DNA of 64,000 bases from Octopus sinensis (Eukaryota). A program made the translations under genes and the position numbers. This document shows positions 23,625 to 37,084 of this stretch, piece after piece. The notes under the pieces were generated by a model. It was given only the letters and a program-made list of their open reading frames with translations, made no database searches and had not been told where the DNA came from. Numbering within the stretch: the first letter of the stretch is position 1; each line of letters starts with the position of its first letter. Location of the stretch: positions 68,138,001-68,202,000 of the forward strand of contig NC_042999.1 in NCBI RefSeq assembly GCF_006345805.1, in the 5' to 3' direction.

Positions 23625-23804
23625 TATCGCTAAATCCACATATTGTTTTTTTATTCTCTCTTTGTTTATTTTTTTCTTATTCCTTTCTGTTGAAGAGCGT
23701 AGGCTCGAAACATAAAACACTTTCTCACTTTCCCGAGTATCAAACTACACTTGCTTGTTGTTCATACACCTGTTTTCGTCTTTTGTTTTTCTGTGAATTT
23801 CAAT

Positions 23805-23808
<4 letters not shown>
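23625..23808 (+). mobile_element. Family E element (E2) with hammerhead-like motif
   Basis: 23683-23718 cttt-ctgttga-a-gagc-gtag-gctc-gaaac-ata-aaac. Confidence 0.7.
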
Positions 23809-23836
<28 letters not shown>

Positions 23837-23839
23837 ATA

Positions 23840-25166
23840 CTAGACTACCCGTGACCTGTTGGGTCACCAATACTCCAAGGTACCCGAAGAAACCACATAT
23901 TTTGGTAACCCGTGCTCCGATTTACGTGAAACTTGTTTTATTCCGTTTGTATTCACTTGAGCATCTGATTCATGACATCGCTTGCTTTTCTCTCTTTCCT
24001 TTGTTTCGCCAAATGCTCACCTCTCTGAGTGTCCAACTCCTGATTTCTCATACTTTTATCCCTTTCCCTTTGTTCCAGCAGATGCTCAGATCTTTCTTTT
24101 TGCATGCCTGTCCAAATCTTTGGTAAATATTTTGTAAAGGATCCGTTCGTACTTCGGTGTGAAACAACTTTTTCTACAGGTTTTTTTTAGTGCATTCAAC
24201 ATATCTCACCTCCAAACCCACAGCAAGCCACTTTCTTCTGGAAAAGGAAGAGGAGAGGGATGGTGAGGACCTTGGAGTTTCCCACCATCAGAGTTTTGTT
24301 TCATGGGGTGTTTTTCTTTTCCAGGTTATTTCACATGCTTTCAACAAATGTGACATCAAAATTACGCTTAAATGGCTCCTTTTCCCAGAAAAGGAAAGAT
24401 TTGGCTGCTATTTCTTGCACGCTCTGCTACCACGTAACAGCTGTTTCGGGTCCTTTATCGCAAATAGCTGTTACGTGGTAGCAGGGCGTGCTAGAAACAG
24501 CAGCCAAATTTTTGGAAGTGAGATACATTGAATACACTGGAAAAAGTCCAATGGAAAAAACTGAACTTATGAATGGGTCTTTTACGAGATATTTATCGTA
24601 TTTTTAAAGTCATTTCCACTTTAGAATATTTTTTATATATGCCAAAAAATTTTTGTACTGGTATTCACACAAAAATAATTTTTTAAAAGATTAAAATATT
24701 GTCTGTTTAAAGAAAGCTAAAATATAAATACTTACTGTACAAACAACTTATATTTTTGTAATCACATTCACTTAAAAATATTTCTAAATAATTAAAATAT
24801 TGTGTTTAACAAAAGCAAAAATAGAAACATTTACTGTAAAAAAACAACTCATATTTTTTCGTTGGCAAGTCACTAAGACTTTTGCTCATCATAATGTGTC
24901 TAATTGAAAAGGTTAGAGTTTCTTCCTTTTCAGGGTAAAGTTATTTTCGGTGTATTTTCTCATTATACACTGTTTTCGGTATTTATACCCCCCAAATCCC
25001 AATATCTTAAGAATCATTTGTCCAATTTATGTGAAACTTGTTTTATTCTGTTTGTATTCACATTTCAGGGGAACCTTAACTTATAGCATTTTCCCATTAT
25101 GTGCCAGTTTAGCTGTGTAACATTGCAAGCAAGCAAGATTGAAGTTCGTTTTTAATATAATATAGA
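23840..25166 (-). mobile_element. Non-autonomous Helitron, ~1.33 kb
   Basis: Minus-strand start A|TCTATATTATATTAAAAACG at 25166; 3' hairpin gtgacc-caaca-ggtcac then gggtagtCTAG|T at 23840. Confidence 0.7.
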
Positions 25167-25449
25167 TCTATTCACTTCATGCCACAATAGTACAGTCTGT
25201 CATGAAATATCATAAAACTTTGTTGTACTTCTGCGACCTTGTCACTGACGTTGTTCCACTACATCTGTTGAAAATTAGTTACTGGCCTCCAGAGGAGGAG
25301 ATATATTTTCCTTTTTTTTTCTTGTTATTACTTGTATTTTTTGTTTGCTTTTTATTTTTGTTTTATTTCTTAACTACTATCAACTTGAAACATATCAGTC
25401 AGTTATCTGTCTGTCTGCCTGTCCATATCTCTATGTATGTATCTAAGTA

Positions 25450-25517
<68 letters not shown>

Positions 25518-25551
25518 CAACTGCTACACAGGTCAGGCGATGCCCTAGATA

Positions 25552-25651
25552 NNNNNNNNNNNNNNNNNNNNNNNNNNNNNNNNNNNNNNNNNNNNNNNNN
25601 NNNNNNNNNNNNNNNNNNNNNNNNNNNNNNNNNNNNNNNNNNNNNNNNNNN
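25552..25651. other. Assembly gap (100 N)
   Basis: Run of exactly 100 N, probably a placeholder of unknown length. Confidence 1.
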
Positions 25652-26724
25652 GTGTGTGTGTATCTGTGTTTGTCCCCCACCATCGCTGACAACAATGTTG
25701 GTGCGTTTAGGTTCCCGTAACTAGTGGATTGGGAAAAGAGACCGATAGATTAAGTACTAGGCTTACAAAAAATAAGTCCTGGGGTCAATTTGTTTGACTA
25801 AAGGCTGTGCTCCAGCATATGGCCAAAGACATATGACTGAAGCAAATAAAAGAATGTATGTATATGAGTATATATATATATATATACCGGAGTAAACACA
25901 TAAATGTGAAACAAGGTGAAAAAAAAGAGTACTCAAATACCAGTGGTAGAGTAATATGCTTTATTTAAAGCAGCAGAAAATTCAACAAAATCTGTTACTC
26001 TGAGTTTCTCGTTGCCGTTCATCAGACAGTTTTTGCTAGCAAAAGGTGCCATGCAGTGGGACTGAACACAAGACCACCCGGTAAGGAAGCAAGCTTCTTT
26101 ACCACACAGGCTATGAGTAAATGAATTTGTCACTAGTTACTGAAAGCAGCTAGACAAGTAGACAGACCATTTGAAAAGCCAGTGCCGTGGGGGGCGGGGC
26201 TTATGAGAAATTTCATGTGAATAAAAAAAGGGACTTGAGAGGATAAAGGAATTGAGAAATATTCATCTTAATTCATTGCTCAATTTAACATGATCCCCAT
26301 TTGCTGGCCTTTGAAGGTCTTTAACAGATCCAATTTGCTCTCAGACATGCAGACCAGATGGCTGCTGTCTGGTTAAATAACATCATTATCGTGACGTACG
26401 AATGCTTCCTACAACAGTCGTTCATGAATCAGGGTTTATTCTTCACTTCCTCCTACAAGTCTCCTTTATCCAAAGGTCATGGATGCTGTGACTAAGCCAA
26501 AATAACAACAATAACAACAACAATAATAAAAACCCTTTCTACTATAAGCACAAGGCCTGAAATTTTGAAGAGGGGAAAAGTTGATTACATTGACCCCAGA
26601 GCTCAGCTGGTACTTATTTTATAGACCCCAAAAGAATGAAAGGCAAAGATGACCTCGGAGTGATTCGAACTCAGAAGATAAGGATAGACATATAATAATA
26701 TAATAATAATAATAATAATAATAA

Positions 26725-27100
26725 TACGAGCAGAAGTAGTAGGGGAGCATCATAGCCATGTGTTGAGAGGGTTTCTTTGGGGTTTGAATAATTCACCTCT
26801 GGAAACATGGGTGCTTCGTTCAACATCCTTAAACAACCCTTATTCAGGGACCTTTTGAGTGGGATGGGTTACTCGACCAGAAGAAAATTCTAACTGGGCG
26901 CCACCTGCAAGGTCATGTGCTGTTTATCTTGATTTGAGATCACCTGTCACGCACATATGGTTGTGATGCATGTGCCTGGTGTACCCTTATCAGACAGGTA
27001 GTCATGATGGGTATACTGGGCTTCGTATATTTTACCCCAATGTCACTTTGATGGCATGCACTGCTCTCTCACTCAATAATAATAATAATAATAATAATAA
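26725..27100 (+). mobile_element. 3' end of an (AAT)n-tailed retroelement (family G)
   Basis: Reverse complement of ~55985-56330; ends ctctctcactc(aat)n. Confidence 0.7.
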
Positions 27101-27705
27101 CAGGGCAAGTAATAAGAAGCACAAGAGAGGCTGTCTGATAAGATGCTAGTTTCGTAACCATATAGCTCCAGGTTCAGTTGCACAGGCATGGTACCTTGGA
27201 CACATGTCTCCTACTGTAGCCTCAGACCAACCTATGGGTTTGTGAATGGATTTAGTAGATGGAAACTGAAAGAAGCCCATCTTGTGTGTGTGTGCATGTG
27301 CATGCATGTTTGTGTCTGTGTTTGTTCCCCGTCACAACTTGACATCAGGTGTTGGGGTGTTTACATCCTCATAGCTCAGTGGTTTGGCAAAAGAGAGCGA
27401 GAGAATAAGTACCAGGCTTTACAAAAACAATAAGTCCTGGAGTGGGTCGATTTTGCACCAGGCTCCAATCTGAAAGTCTGCCAGATCAGATTGGAGCCTG
27501 GTGCAGCCATCTAGTTCATCAGACGTCAGTCAAATCATCCAACCCATGCTAGCATGGAAAGCAGACGTTAAATGATGATGATGATGAAAAATTCTTCAAG
27601 GCAGTGCTCCAGCATGGCCACAGTCTAACGACTAAAACAGACGAATGATAAAAGATGAAAGATAAAATAAAACAAAGAAGTTAAAGACAAACTAATCTGT
27701 ATACC

Positions 27706-28103
27706 GATTTCTTTACTACCCACAAGGGGCTAAACACAGAGGAGACAAACGGATTAAGTCAATTATATTGACACCAGTGCATAACTGGTACTTATTTAAT
27801 TGACCCCGAAAGGATGAGAGGCAAAGTCAACCTCGGTGGAATTTGAACTCAGAATGTAACGGTAGACGAAATACCTATTTCTTTACTACCCACAAGGGGC
27901 TAAACACAGAGGAGACAAACAAGGACAGAGAGACGGATTAAGTTGATTATATCAACCCAGTGCGTAACTGGTACTTATTTAATCGACCCCGAAAGGATGA
28001 AAGACAAACTCGACCTCGGCAGAATTTGAACTCAGAACGTAACGGCAGACGAAATACTGCTAAGCATTTCAGCCAGCGTGCTAACAAGTCTGCCAGTTCG
28101 CCT
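27706..28103 (-). mobile_element. SINE family B dimer (head plus two bodies) with 16-bp TSD
   Basis: TSD aactaatctgtatacc at 27690-27705 and 28104-28119; internal junction gacgaaatac|ctatttctttac. Confidence 0.9.
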
Positions 28104-28429
28104 AACTAATCTGTATACCACTTCCCAGCTAAGTCCACCTGGTACACCTGTCTGCTTTCCTCAATGAGTCACACTCTGGAGACAATGCACCAAAGATTTT
28201 GTCCAATCATTTCCTATTCAGAACACTCTCCCTACCAAGCCACTCACAAATCTATGGACCATTCCTGTGAACATTGACCTACAGAAGATCAAGCTAAACA
28301 TCAATCATAACCAATCTCAACCAGTCTGGAAGTCCCTGAAAAGGTAAAGGTCATCAGAGCTTCCCACCTGCCTTCTCTTCTGCTCGCAGACAACGATAAG
28401 GAAAAAAGAAAACATATTGAATATTTATA

Positions 28430-28440
28430 CATACATTACA

Positions 28441-28478
<38 letters not shown>

Positions 28479-28501
28479 GAATGCATACACATGCAAGCAT
28501 G

Positions 28502-28537
<36 letters not shown>

Positions 28538-28682
28538 ATATGTTTATGCATATATGTATGTGTGTGTGTGCATATCTGTGTCTCTATGAATGCTTATGAA
28601 TGTGTATATATGTGTTTATCAATATGAATATGCGTGTGTGTATAGGTACCTATTTGGATGAATATATGTATATATATGTATA

Positions 28683-28749
<67 letters not shown>

Positions 28750-29305
28750 TATATATATGTGTGTGTGTGTGTATGTCTGTATGTATATATGATGTGTGTG
28801 TGTGCATGTCTCTACAGATATGTCTATGTGTCTGTCTATGCAAATATACAGACGAATATGTGTGCATATATACATGTCTATACAAATATATATATATATA
28901 TGTGTGTATTTATGTACATATTTATGTATGTATGTATGTATGTACGTATGTATGTATGTACGTATGCATGTCTATCTTAATTCTAAATGCATATGTGTGA
29001 GAGTACACATAACAGTCTACACAGAAATAAATATATGTCTGTATCTCTCTCTCTCTCCCTCTCTCTTTCTACAAATATATATATATATGTATGTGTGTGA
29101 GTGCATGTGTATCTGTCAATACAAATATATGTGTAAGTATGTGAACAGATATCTTCGTACATCTATACAAAAGGACCGTGTTTATACAATGCAAATATAT
29201 GCATGGTTTATAGGTCTATAAAATATGTGGGACTATATGAAAAAAAATGTATGTTTATGTATGCATATAAACATAAAAATATATATCTACGAGTCTATAT
29301 AATAC

Positions 29306-29339
<34 letters not shown>

Positions 29340-29388
29340 CTATATATATATATATGATATATATATATTACAATCTATATATATTTTA

Positions 29389-29431
<43 letters not shown>

Positions 29432-29461
29432 TATGTATATATATATATTTATATATATATT

Positions 29462-29499
<38 letters not shown>

Positions 29500-29782
29500 T
29501 ATATATAAATGTGTATATATAGTATTTATTTGTGTGTGTATGTATGTGCACGTTTGTATTGTATATGTGTGTGCATGCTACACCGTTTATTGTCCAACCC
29601 ATAGCAGAAAAGAATGCAGGCAAAAAAAAAAGAATGAAGATGATGATGACTATTGATGTATATGTGTCTACACAAATGTATATATGTAACAAGTGTCCAT
29701 CTCTACAGGTATACAATGTATGCTTCTATATATGCACACACACACAAATAGATATGTGTATATATTATATATATATATATAT

Positions 29783-29822
<40 letters not shown>

Positions 29823-30124
29823 TATATATCATACACATATATATAAACTTATACAAACACTTTATGGGTGTGTGTGTATAAATACATACATACATATATA
29901 TGCGCATGCATACATGTATTTGCATATATGCATATACACATATATATACATATGTATTCATATATATGTGTGTGTATGTATATATATACATATATATATA
30001 TATAAAAACAACCCACAGTTTTATAGACATGGACAGTTACACACACATATACTCTTTTATATATTGATACATACACATTCATATATACAAATACATATGA
30101 ATATGTGTGTGTGTGTATATATAC

Positions 30125-30171
<47 letters not shown>

Positions 30172-30227
30172 CATATATGTGTGTGTATATATATATGTAT
30201 GTATGTATATATATATATAGTTATTGT

Positions 30228-30265
<38 letters not shown>

Positions 30266-30420
30266 CATACACACACACACAATCAGTGTGATTCTATGTG
30301 TGTCTAAACAAATATAATTTGCATCTGTCTGTGCATGTATATACAAGAAGGTATATATAAATATACAGATTATATATGTGTACTATTATACAAATATATA
30401 TGAATGTGTGTGTATATATA
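28430..30420. repeat. (TA)n/(TG)n/(TATG)n microsatellite field
   Basis: Direct inspection. Confidence 0.9.
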
Positions 30421-30589
30421 TATATGTATATTTTATGTATGTGTGTGCATGGGTCCATGCATGCATGTGTGGGTGTCAGGATTACTAAAGTGGTCTTTCA
30501 ATATCAGAAATCAATCACCGTTCTAACCATCAATAATATTCAGTATTTGTGTGATGGTAAGGTGGTAGTGGTGGGGGAGGGGTAGTAAC

Positions 30590-31150
30590 AGCGGCTGTGA
30601 TGATTTTGGTGGTGGTGGTGTCGATGGTGGTCGTAGTTGTCTTGGTGTTGATGGTAGTGATGGTGATGATGGTGATGGGGTATGCTAATAGTGGCGCACT
30701 TGTGACGATGGTGGTGGTGGTGGTGATGGTGATAATGTTGATGTCGATGGCTGGGACGGAGGGTAATAGTAATAGGGGTGGTGATTATGATGATGATGGT
30801 GGTGGTGGTGGTGGTGGTGATAGAAGTGACTGTGATGGTAGTGGTGCTGTCTGTGGTGATGGCTACAGTTTTGGTGGAGGTGGCAATAGTGTTAGTGGTG
30901 GTGGTGGTGGTCGTGATGGTGTGGTAGTGGTGGTGCTGGTGGCAGTGGTGGTGCTGGCGGCAGTGGTAGTGGTGGTGCTGGTGATCGTGGTGGTGGCGGT
31001 GGTCGTGGTGGTCGTGGTGGTCGTGGTGGTTCAGATGTCTACAGTTCTACAATGGTTCTGCAGCAACAGCAGTGAAGGTGGTGTTGGCCGCAGTGACAGC
31101 AGTGATGAGAGTAGTAGTAGCAGTTTCACTCATTGCTGGTGGCAGTGGTG
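30590..31150. repeat. (GGT/GAT/GGC)n trinucleotide low-complexity tract
   Basis: Direct inspection; similar tracts at 33915-34230 and 37960-38120. Confidence 0.85.
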
Positions 31151-31515
31151 ATGACACAAGTGGGAGATGGGGTTGTCGGGGAGATCACCGATTAAATTTA
31201 TTTTATCTTCACATGTTTGCTTGCTTCGTTGTAGGAATCAATAGCATTTTGCCTCCGAGGGAATGGCAGGAGGTTGGTACAGAGAGGTCCTCGGGTGGGA
31301 TGAGGGTGAGATGAGGGTGGATGATCTGTTGATTGTTGTGTGTGACAAAATCTTAATGGTCTTGACATACAGACTCATATTGCACTTGACATTTACAAAT
31401 GGTTACTTTATGGGTTTGGTGTGTTTCTCTGTGTGTGTGTGTGAGAGAGAGAGTGTGTGTGCGTGTGTGTGCATGTGTGTATGCATGTATGTGTGTATAC
31501 ATATATGTATGTGTT

Positions 31516-31555
<40 letters not shown>

Positions 31556-31608
31556 CTTATATATATATGCATATATATATAGAGAGAGATAGAGACATAC
31601 ATATTTAC

Positions 31609-31642
<34 letters not shown>

Positions 31643-32455
31643 AGTGAGAGAGAGAGACGTATACATATTTATGTATATATACGTATGTGTGTGTGTATGT
31701 ATATGCATATCTTGATATATACATATATATTTACACACATAAGCTCACACACACTTATATGCATACATCATTTTTTGCTTTACTTCTATTTTTCCATGGT
31801 AGCATGAGTTAGAATGAATGAACAAATGATGGAACAGATGAGGAAGCTGTGTATTTCCCTCTTCAACAAGAAACCTGCTTTGGTCCCTCTCCCTTTATCA
31901 TATTTTCATATCTCTCAATACCATACACAACTCAGTTGAGGGGTCATGTCTTGCAAGCACGTGAGGACATCAGCAATGCTGATGTCATGTAGAAAAAGTA
32001 CCTGGTACACTCTGTCAGTGGTTGGTGTAAAGAAGGGCTTCCTACCTTAAAGGCCACAGTAAAGCAAGCATTGGAGTTCAACACGGCTCCCTGGTTCATT
32101 GTACAAGTGGAACTAACCAGACCCATGCCAGCATGAAAAACAGAATGGTATATGACAAGGTGGAAGAGGAGGGAGGGTGTGTGTGTGCACATGCACATGC
32201 ATGTGTGCACATGTGTGTGTGTTCATATAAATATTGAGATAGATAGATAGATAGATAGATAGATGGTTGGATAAACAGACAGACAGAAGGCAGGCAGGCA
32301 AGTAGACAGACAGATAGATAGACAGACAGATAGATAGATAGGTAGATAAATAGACAAACAGACAGACAGACAAATAGACAGATAGATGGTCAGATAGACA
32401 GACAGACATACAGACATATAAATGGATCGATAGATAGATAGATATGCATACCAAC

Positions 32456-32494
<39 letters not shown>

Positions 32495-33268
32495 CGTGAT
32501 TTTGGAAAAGCTAAAGAATCAGCCACTGCTAATCGAAGTTTCTCATTTTGCACAGTCATTTTGTTGTGTGAACCCACACATATAGCAAGAGAATATGTGT
32601 AACAATGGTAGGAATTATCAATATGTTCCAAATAAACCCTTTGTAAGCAATATTTATCAAAGAATTATATGTCTCTCTGTTTAGAATGATTTACCATAAA
32701 TATACTTATGAAAGTGCTCAGTACCAAAAACCAACACTTTTAGCTGATGTTTTTTTTTTTGTTTTTTTTTTGCATTTGGTTCCATTTATGTTCTGTTGGA
32801 GTCTTTGATATGGATGCGATATGTAATTACGTGGTCTGTTTGTTGTCAAGTTCCATGAAATTGGGATTCTGCTTACATCCACTGATATAAATACAAGGTC
32901 TTGTTATATCAAAGTAGCCCAACTCTAGCAAGATGCAAACAACTTGTTTTATAAATTCGGATGTTTTTTGGTTCTAGCTTGTGTCTATTGCTATACAATT
33001 TGATCCTCTTTGTAAGCTCGCTTGAGAGGTTAATTCATTCCTCTGGCGGAAGAACAGAAATAAATCTGGGACTCTTCAGAAGCTGATTTCACTCTGAAAA
33101 ACGATTACAGGTAAGTTCAGTGCCATCAATTCACCATGAGGAAAGTTCACCATCTCAACATTAATAATTAAAAACAATTTTTAAAAAAAACAGTAAATTG
33201 ATGACGGTTAACTTACCAGGCAAGCTGAAAAAGATTCTGTAGAAAGCAAATCTGTCTCTTGGACTGTT

Positions 33269-33390
33269 TAACCCTTTTGTTACTGTATCTATTTTGAGAT
33301 GCTCTATGTTTCTTTCAATTAATTTTAAATATAACAAAGAATTTAGTAAAATAAGTTAGTTATCATTCAGCTAGTGTTAGAAACATAAAT
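33269..33390. mobile_element. Fragment of a TTAA|CCCT-ended (piggyBac-like) non-autonomous repeat
   Basis: tttaacccttttgttac...; a related agggttaa end occurs at ~3727. Confidence 0.4.
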
Positions 33391-34649
33391 AAGAGGGGTG
33401 TACTGTTTCACTATGCAAAATTAATTAAATCACAAATCTTAAGGGAAAACTTTTGTTATACCCCAGTACAACAACCACTATACACCTCTGCTAAAAAGCC
33501 TTTTCTGCACAGCCATCAGAGTGAAATACTTAGCACATGGCATCCTGACAGTGACTTCATCAACTGTGATTAGTAGACTGTGTCTAACAGCACTCCATGT
33601 TTATTCCTCTTACCACTATCTTCAACAGAGGTTCTTAACATGGATTGCAGGACCCACTTTGGGTCGTTATGAACTTCACAAGTGGCTGGCAAATGTCAAG
33701 AGGGGGCTATAAAGAGGCTGGATGTTTACAAGGGATGTGATTTTTTCCTAGGAACGAAATATTTAAACCAGATGCAATCTTATCTTTTATCTTTTGTCTT
33801 TTACTTGTTTCAGGCATTAAGCTGTGGCCATGCTGGGGCACTTGTCTTGAAGAGTTTTTAGTTGAATGAATTGACCCAAGTATTTTTTTTCTTTTAAGCC
33901 TGGTACTTATTCTATGGTGATGATGATGATAATGATGACGATGATGATGACGATGATGGTGATGATGATGACAATGGTGATGACAATGGTGATGACAATG
34001 ATGATTGTGGTGGTGGTGGTGGTGGTGATGAAGATGATGACAGTGGTGGGGTGGTGGTGATAACAATGATGACGGTGGTGGTGATGACGATGATGACGGT
34101 GGTGGTGGTGGTGATGACGATGATGACGGTGGTGGTGGTGGTGATGATGATGACGATAAGGATGATGATGATTATGATGTGGTGATGGTGGTGACGATGA
34201 CAATGGTGATGATGATGATGATGATGCTGAAATGACGGTGGTGATTTTGTCAGGATCAAAATATGAGTAGAACCACCATGTTATCGAAGAGCAGAGACAT
34301 GGACTGCTGCTGCTGCTCTGAGGTAGAATAGGATTCTGTCAAAGAAGTCTTCATTTCTTTAGTAATTACCATATAAATTCTAACAGAGATGCCACACATC
34401 CACGCAGATGTCCAAAAAGTGATGCTGGATGGAGGAAATGCTAGCAAAGAAGACGTGGATAACAAACCAATGCACAAAATGTGCTTCGGTTCCATTAAAA
34501 ATAATCCGTTTTCTTATTGTTTCTTTTTTGTGTATCTGTTTCTCTCTTTCTCTCCCTCTCACTCTCTCCTTTTCTCTTTCTCTCTCTCACTCTGTCTCTG
34601 TCTGTTCGTTAGTCTGTCTGTCTGTCCTCTCTCTCTCTCTCTCTCTCTT

Positions 34650-34935
34650 TCACTGTTAGTCTCTCTATCTCTCTGTCAGCCTGTCTCTCTCACTCTTAGT
34701 CTCTCTATCTCTCTGTCAGCCTGTCTCTCTCTCTCTCTCTCACTGTTAGTCTCTCTATCTCTCTGTCAGCCTGTCTTTCTCACTCTTAGTCTCTCTATCT
34801 CTCTGTCAGCCTGTCTCTCTCACACTTAGTCTCTCTATCTCTCTGTCAGCCTGTCTCTCTCTCTCTCTCTCTCACTGTTAGTCTCTCTATCTCTCTGTCA
34901 GCCTGTCTTTCTCACTGTTTGTCTCTCTATCTCTC
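34650..34935. repeat. ~40-bp CT-rich minisatellite, 7 units
   Basis: Unit cact(g/c)ttagtctctctatctctctgtcagcctgtct(c/t)tct. Confidence 0.9.
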
Positions 34936-35427
34936 TGTCTGTCTCTCTCTCTCTCTCTCCCTCTACCCTCTCTCTTGCTCTCTGTCTGTCTCTTGCTTTG
35001 TCCCTCTCACTCTCTATCTCTCTCCCCTTCTCTCCCCCTCTATTTACTTACCTGTCTGTCCGCCTGTCTCTGTCTGTCTCTCTCCCTTCTCACTTTCTCT
35101 CTTTCTCCCTCTCTCTCTCTGTTTGTCTCTGTCTGTCCATCCGTCCCTTCTTTTTGTCTCTCTCTCTCTCTCTCCCGTCTCTCTCCCCCATCTCTCTCTC
35201 CCTCTCTCTCTCCCATCTCTCTTTACCTCTTTGGTGGTGAAGCATTTGTAAAACGACATTCAGTGAAGAGAAGCACTGAGCCACAAGGAATTCACAACCA
35301 TTGCTTCCATGTGTATGCATGTGTGTGTGTGTGCGTCCATGTGTGCATGTGTGTGTATATGTGCATGTGTGTGTGTATGTGTCCATGTGTGTATGTGTCT
35401 GTGTTTGTGTGAGTGTGTATGTGTCCA

Positions 35428-35458
<31 letters not shown>

Positions 35459-36037
35459 TTATGTGTGTGCATGTGTGTGTTTGTATGTGTTTGTGTGGTT
35501 CTTGTCTTTGCCTTCAACTACCAGCACTGCCACCACCACTTGAATCCAGTGCTATGGATCCCTATGACTTAGCACTCCATCAAGAAAGACCTATAGAATA
35601 AGTACCAAACTTATTCTTAGGCCTACAAGTCAGTGCCTCAGCCTGGCCACCATCCAACAACAGAAACAAACAAGATAAAAGACAAACCTCATAAGAGTTC
35701 CTTGAGGCATGAAATATATTCCAAGAATGCCTCAAAAGTAAAAACTTTGGAAAACGCTGCATCAGAAATGTCGTTCAATCAATTACTTTGGTTATAAGTT
35801 AGTTAGCTACTCACCTACCGACTTACATTACTAACGTCTAAATTAGAGTAGTGAAACGCCCCCAGTATATGTAATCTGTATCAATAAAATCAATAATCTA
35901 GTTATTCAGCCAATACTTTTAACACTGTGTCATAGCTGCATATCATTATTCACTTTTACATATATCTTCAAACAGCAAGCATATCAGATTGGTGTCAAGA
36001 TAGAAGCAGAAAGATGGTTTTATTGAGAAATATTACC

Positions 36038-36447
36038 TATTTCTTTACTAAGGGTCTAAACACAGAAGGGACAAACAAGGACAAACAAACGGATTAAGTC
36101 GATTATATTGACCCCAGTGCATAACTGGTACTTATTTAATTGACCCCGAAAGGATGAAAGGCAAAGTCAACCTGGGCGGAATTTGAACTCAGAACGCAGC
36201 GGCGGATGAAATACCTATTTCTTTACTACCCACAGGGGGCTAAACACAGAAGGGACAAACAGGGACAGACAAACGGATTAAGTCGATTATATTGACCCCA
36301 GTGCGTAACTGGTACTTATTTAATTGACCCCGAAAGGATGAAAGGCAAAGTCGACCTCGGCAGAATTTGAACTCAGAACGTAGCGGCAGACGAAATACCG
36401 CTAAGCATTTCGCCCGGTGTGCTAACGTTTCTACCAGCTCACCACCT
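36038..36447 (-). mobile_element. SINE family B dimer with ~16-bp TSD
   Basis: tattgagaaatattacc (36021-36037) and tattgagaaacattacc (36448-36464); same internal junction as the 27706 copy. Confidence 0.9.
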
Positions 36448-36519
36448 TATTGAGAAACATTACCTGCCATGCATTACTTTCGTTGTCATCTTCATCACCA
36501 TCATCATTGTCGTCATCGT

Positions 36520-36900
36520 CGTCATCATCATTTAATGTCCACTTTCCATGCTGGCATGGGTTAGATTGTTTGACTGGAACTGGTAAACTGGAGAGCTGCC
36601 CCAGGGTCCTGTCTGTTTTGGCATGGTTTCTATGGCTGGATGCTTTTCCTAATGCCAACCATTTTACAGAGTGTAGGAAGTGTCTTTTACATGTCACCAG
36701 CACAGGTGCCTTGTATGTGTCACCAACACAGGTACCTATCAGGTATCACCAGCACGGATGCCTTGTACACGTCACTGGTACAGAGGTGTCTTTTATGTGT
36801 CACCATCACTGGCCATGACTACAATTCCACGTGGTTTGACATGTCTTCTCAGCACAGCAAATCACCAAAGGCCTCAATTACTTGTCATCACCTCTATGAG
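36520..36900 (-). mobile_element. RTE 3' UTR/tail fragment
   Basis: (cat)n tttaatgtccactttccatgctggcatggg...ctggatgcttttcctaatgccaacc. Confidence 0.75.
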
Positions 36901-37084
36901 ACCCAACATTCAAAGATCATATTTCACCATGTCATTTACTTGTTTCAGTCACTTGACTGTGGTCATGCTGGGGTATTACCTTCAAGGAGAAATTTTTTGG
37001 ACCTGGGTCTTACTTTATATCTACTTAACTATTTGATCTCTGATTCTCATGAAGTAACAGTTCTGCCACACTCATTTTTTACAT

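Noticed and set aside
30597-31151. 184-aa Val/Gly-rich ORF, and His-rich ORFs at 33707-34259
   Set aside because: Trinucleotide low-complexity tracts; no splice or domain support.
34389-35428. Leu/Ser-rich ORFs up to 146 aa
   Set aside because: Translation of (CT)n and the 40-bp CT-rich minisatellite.
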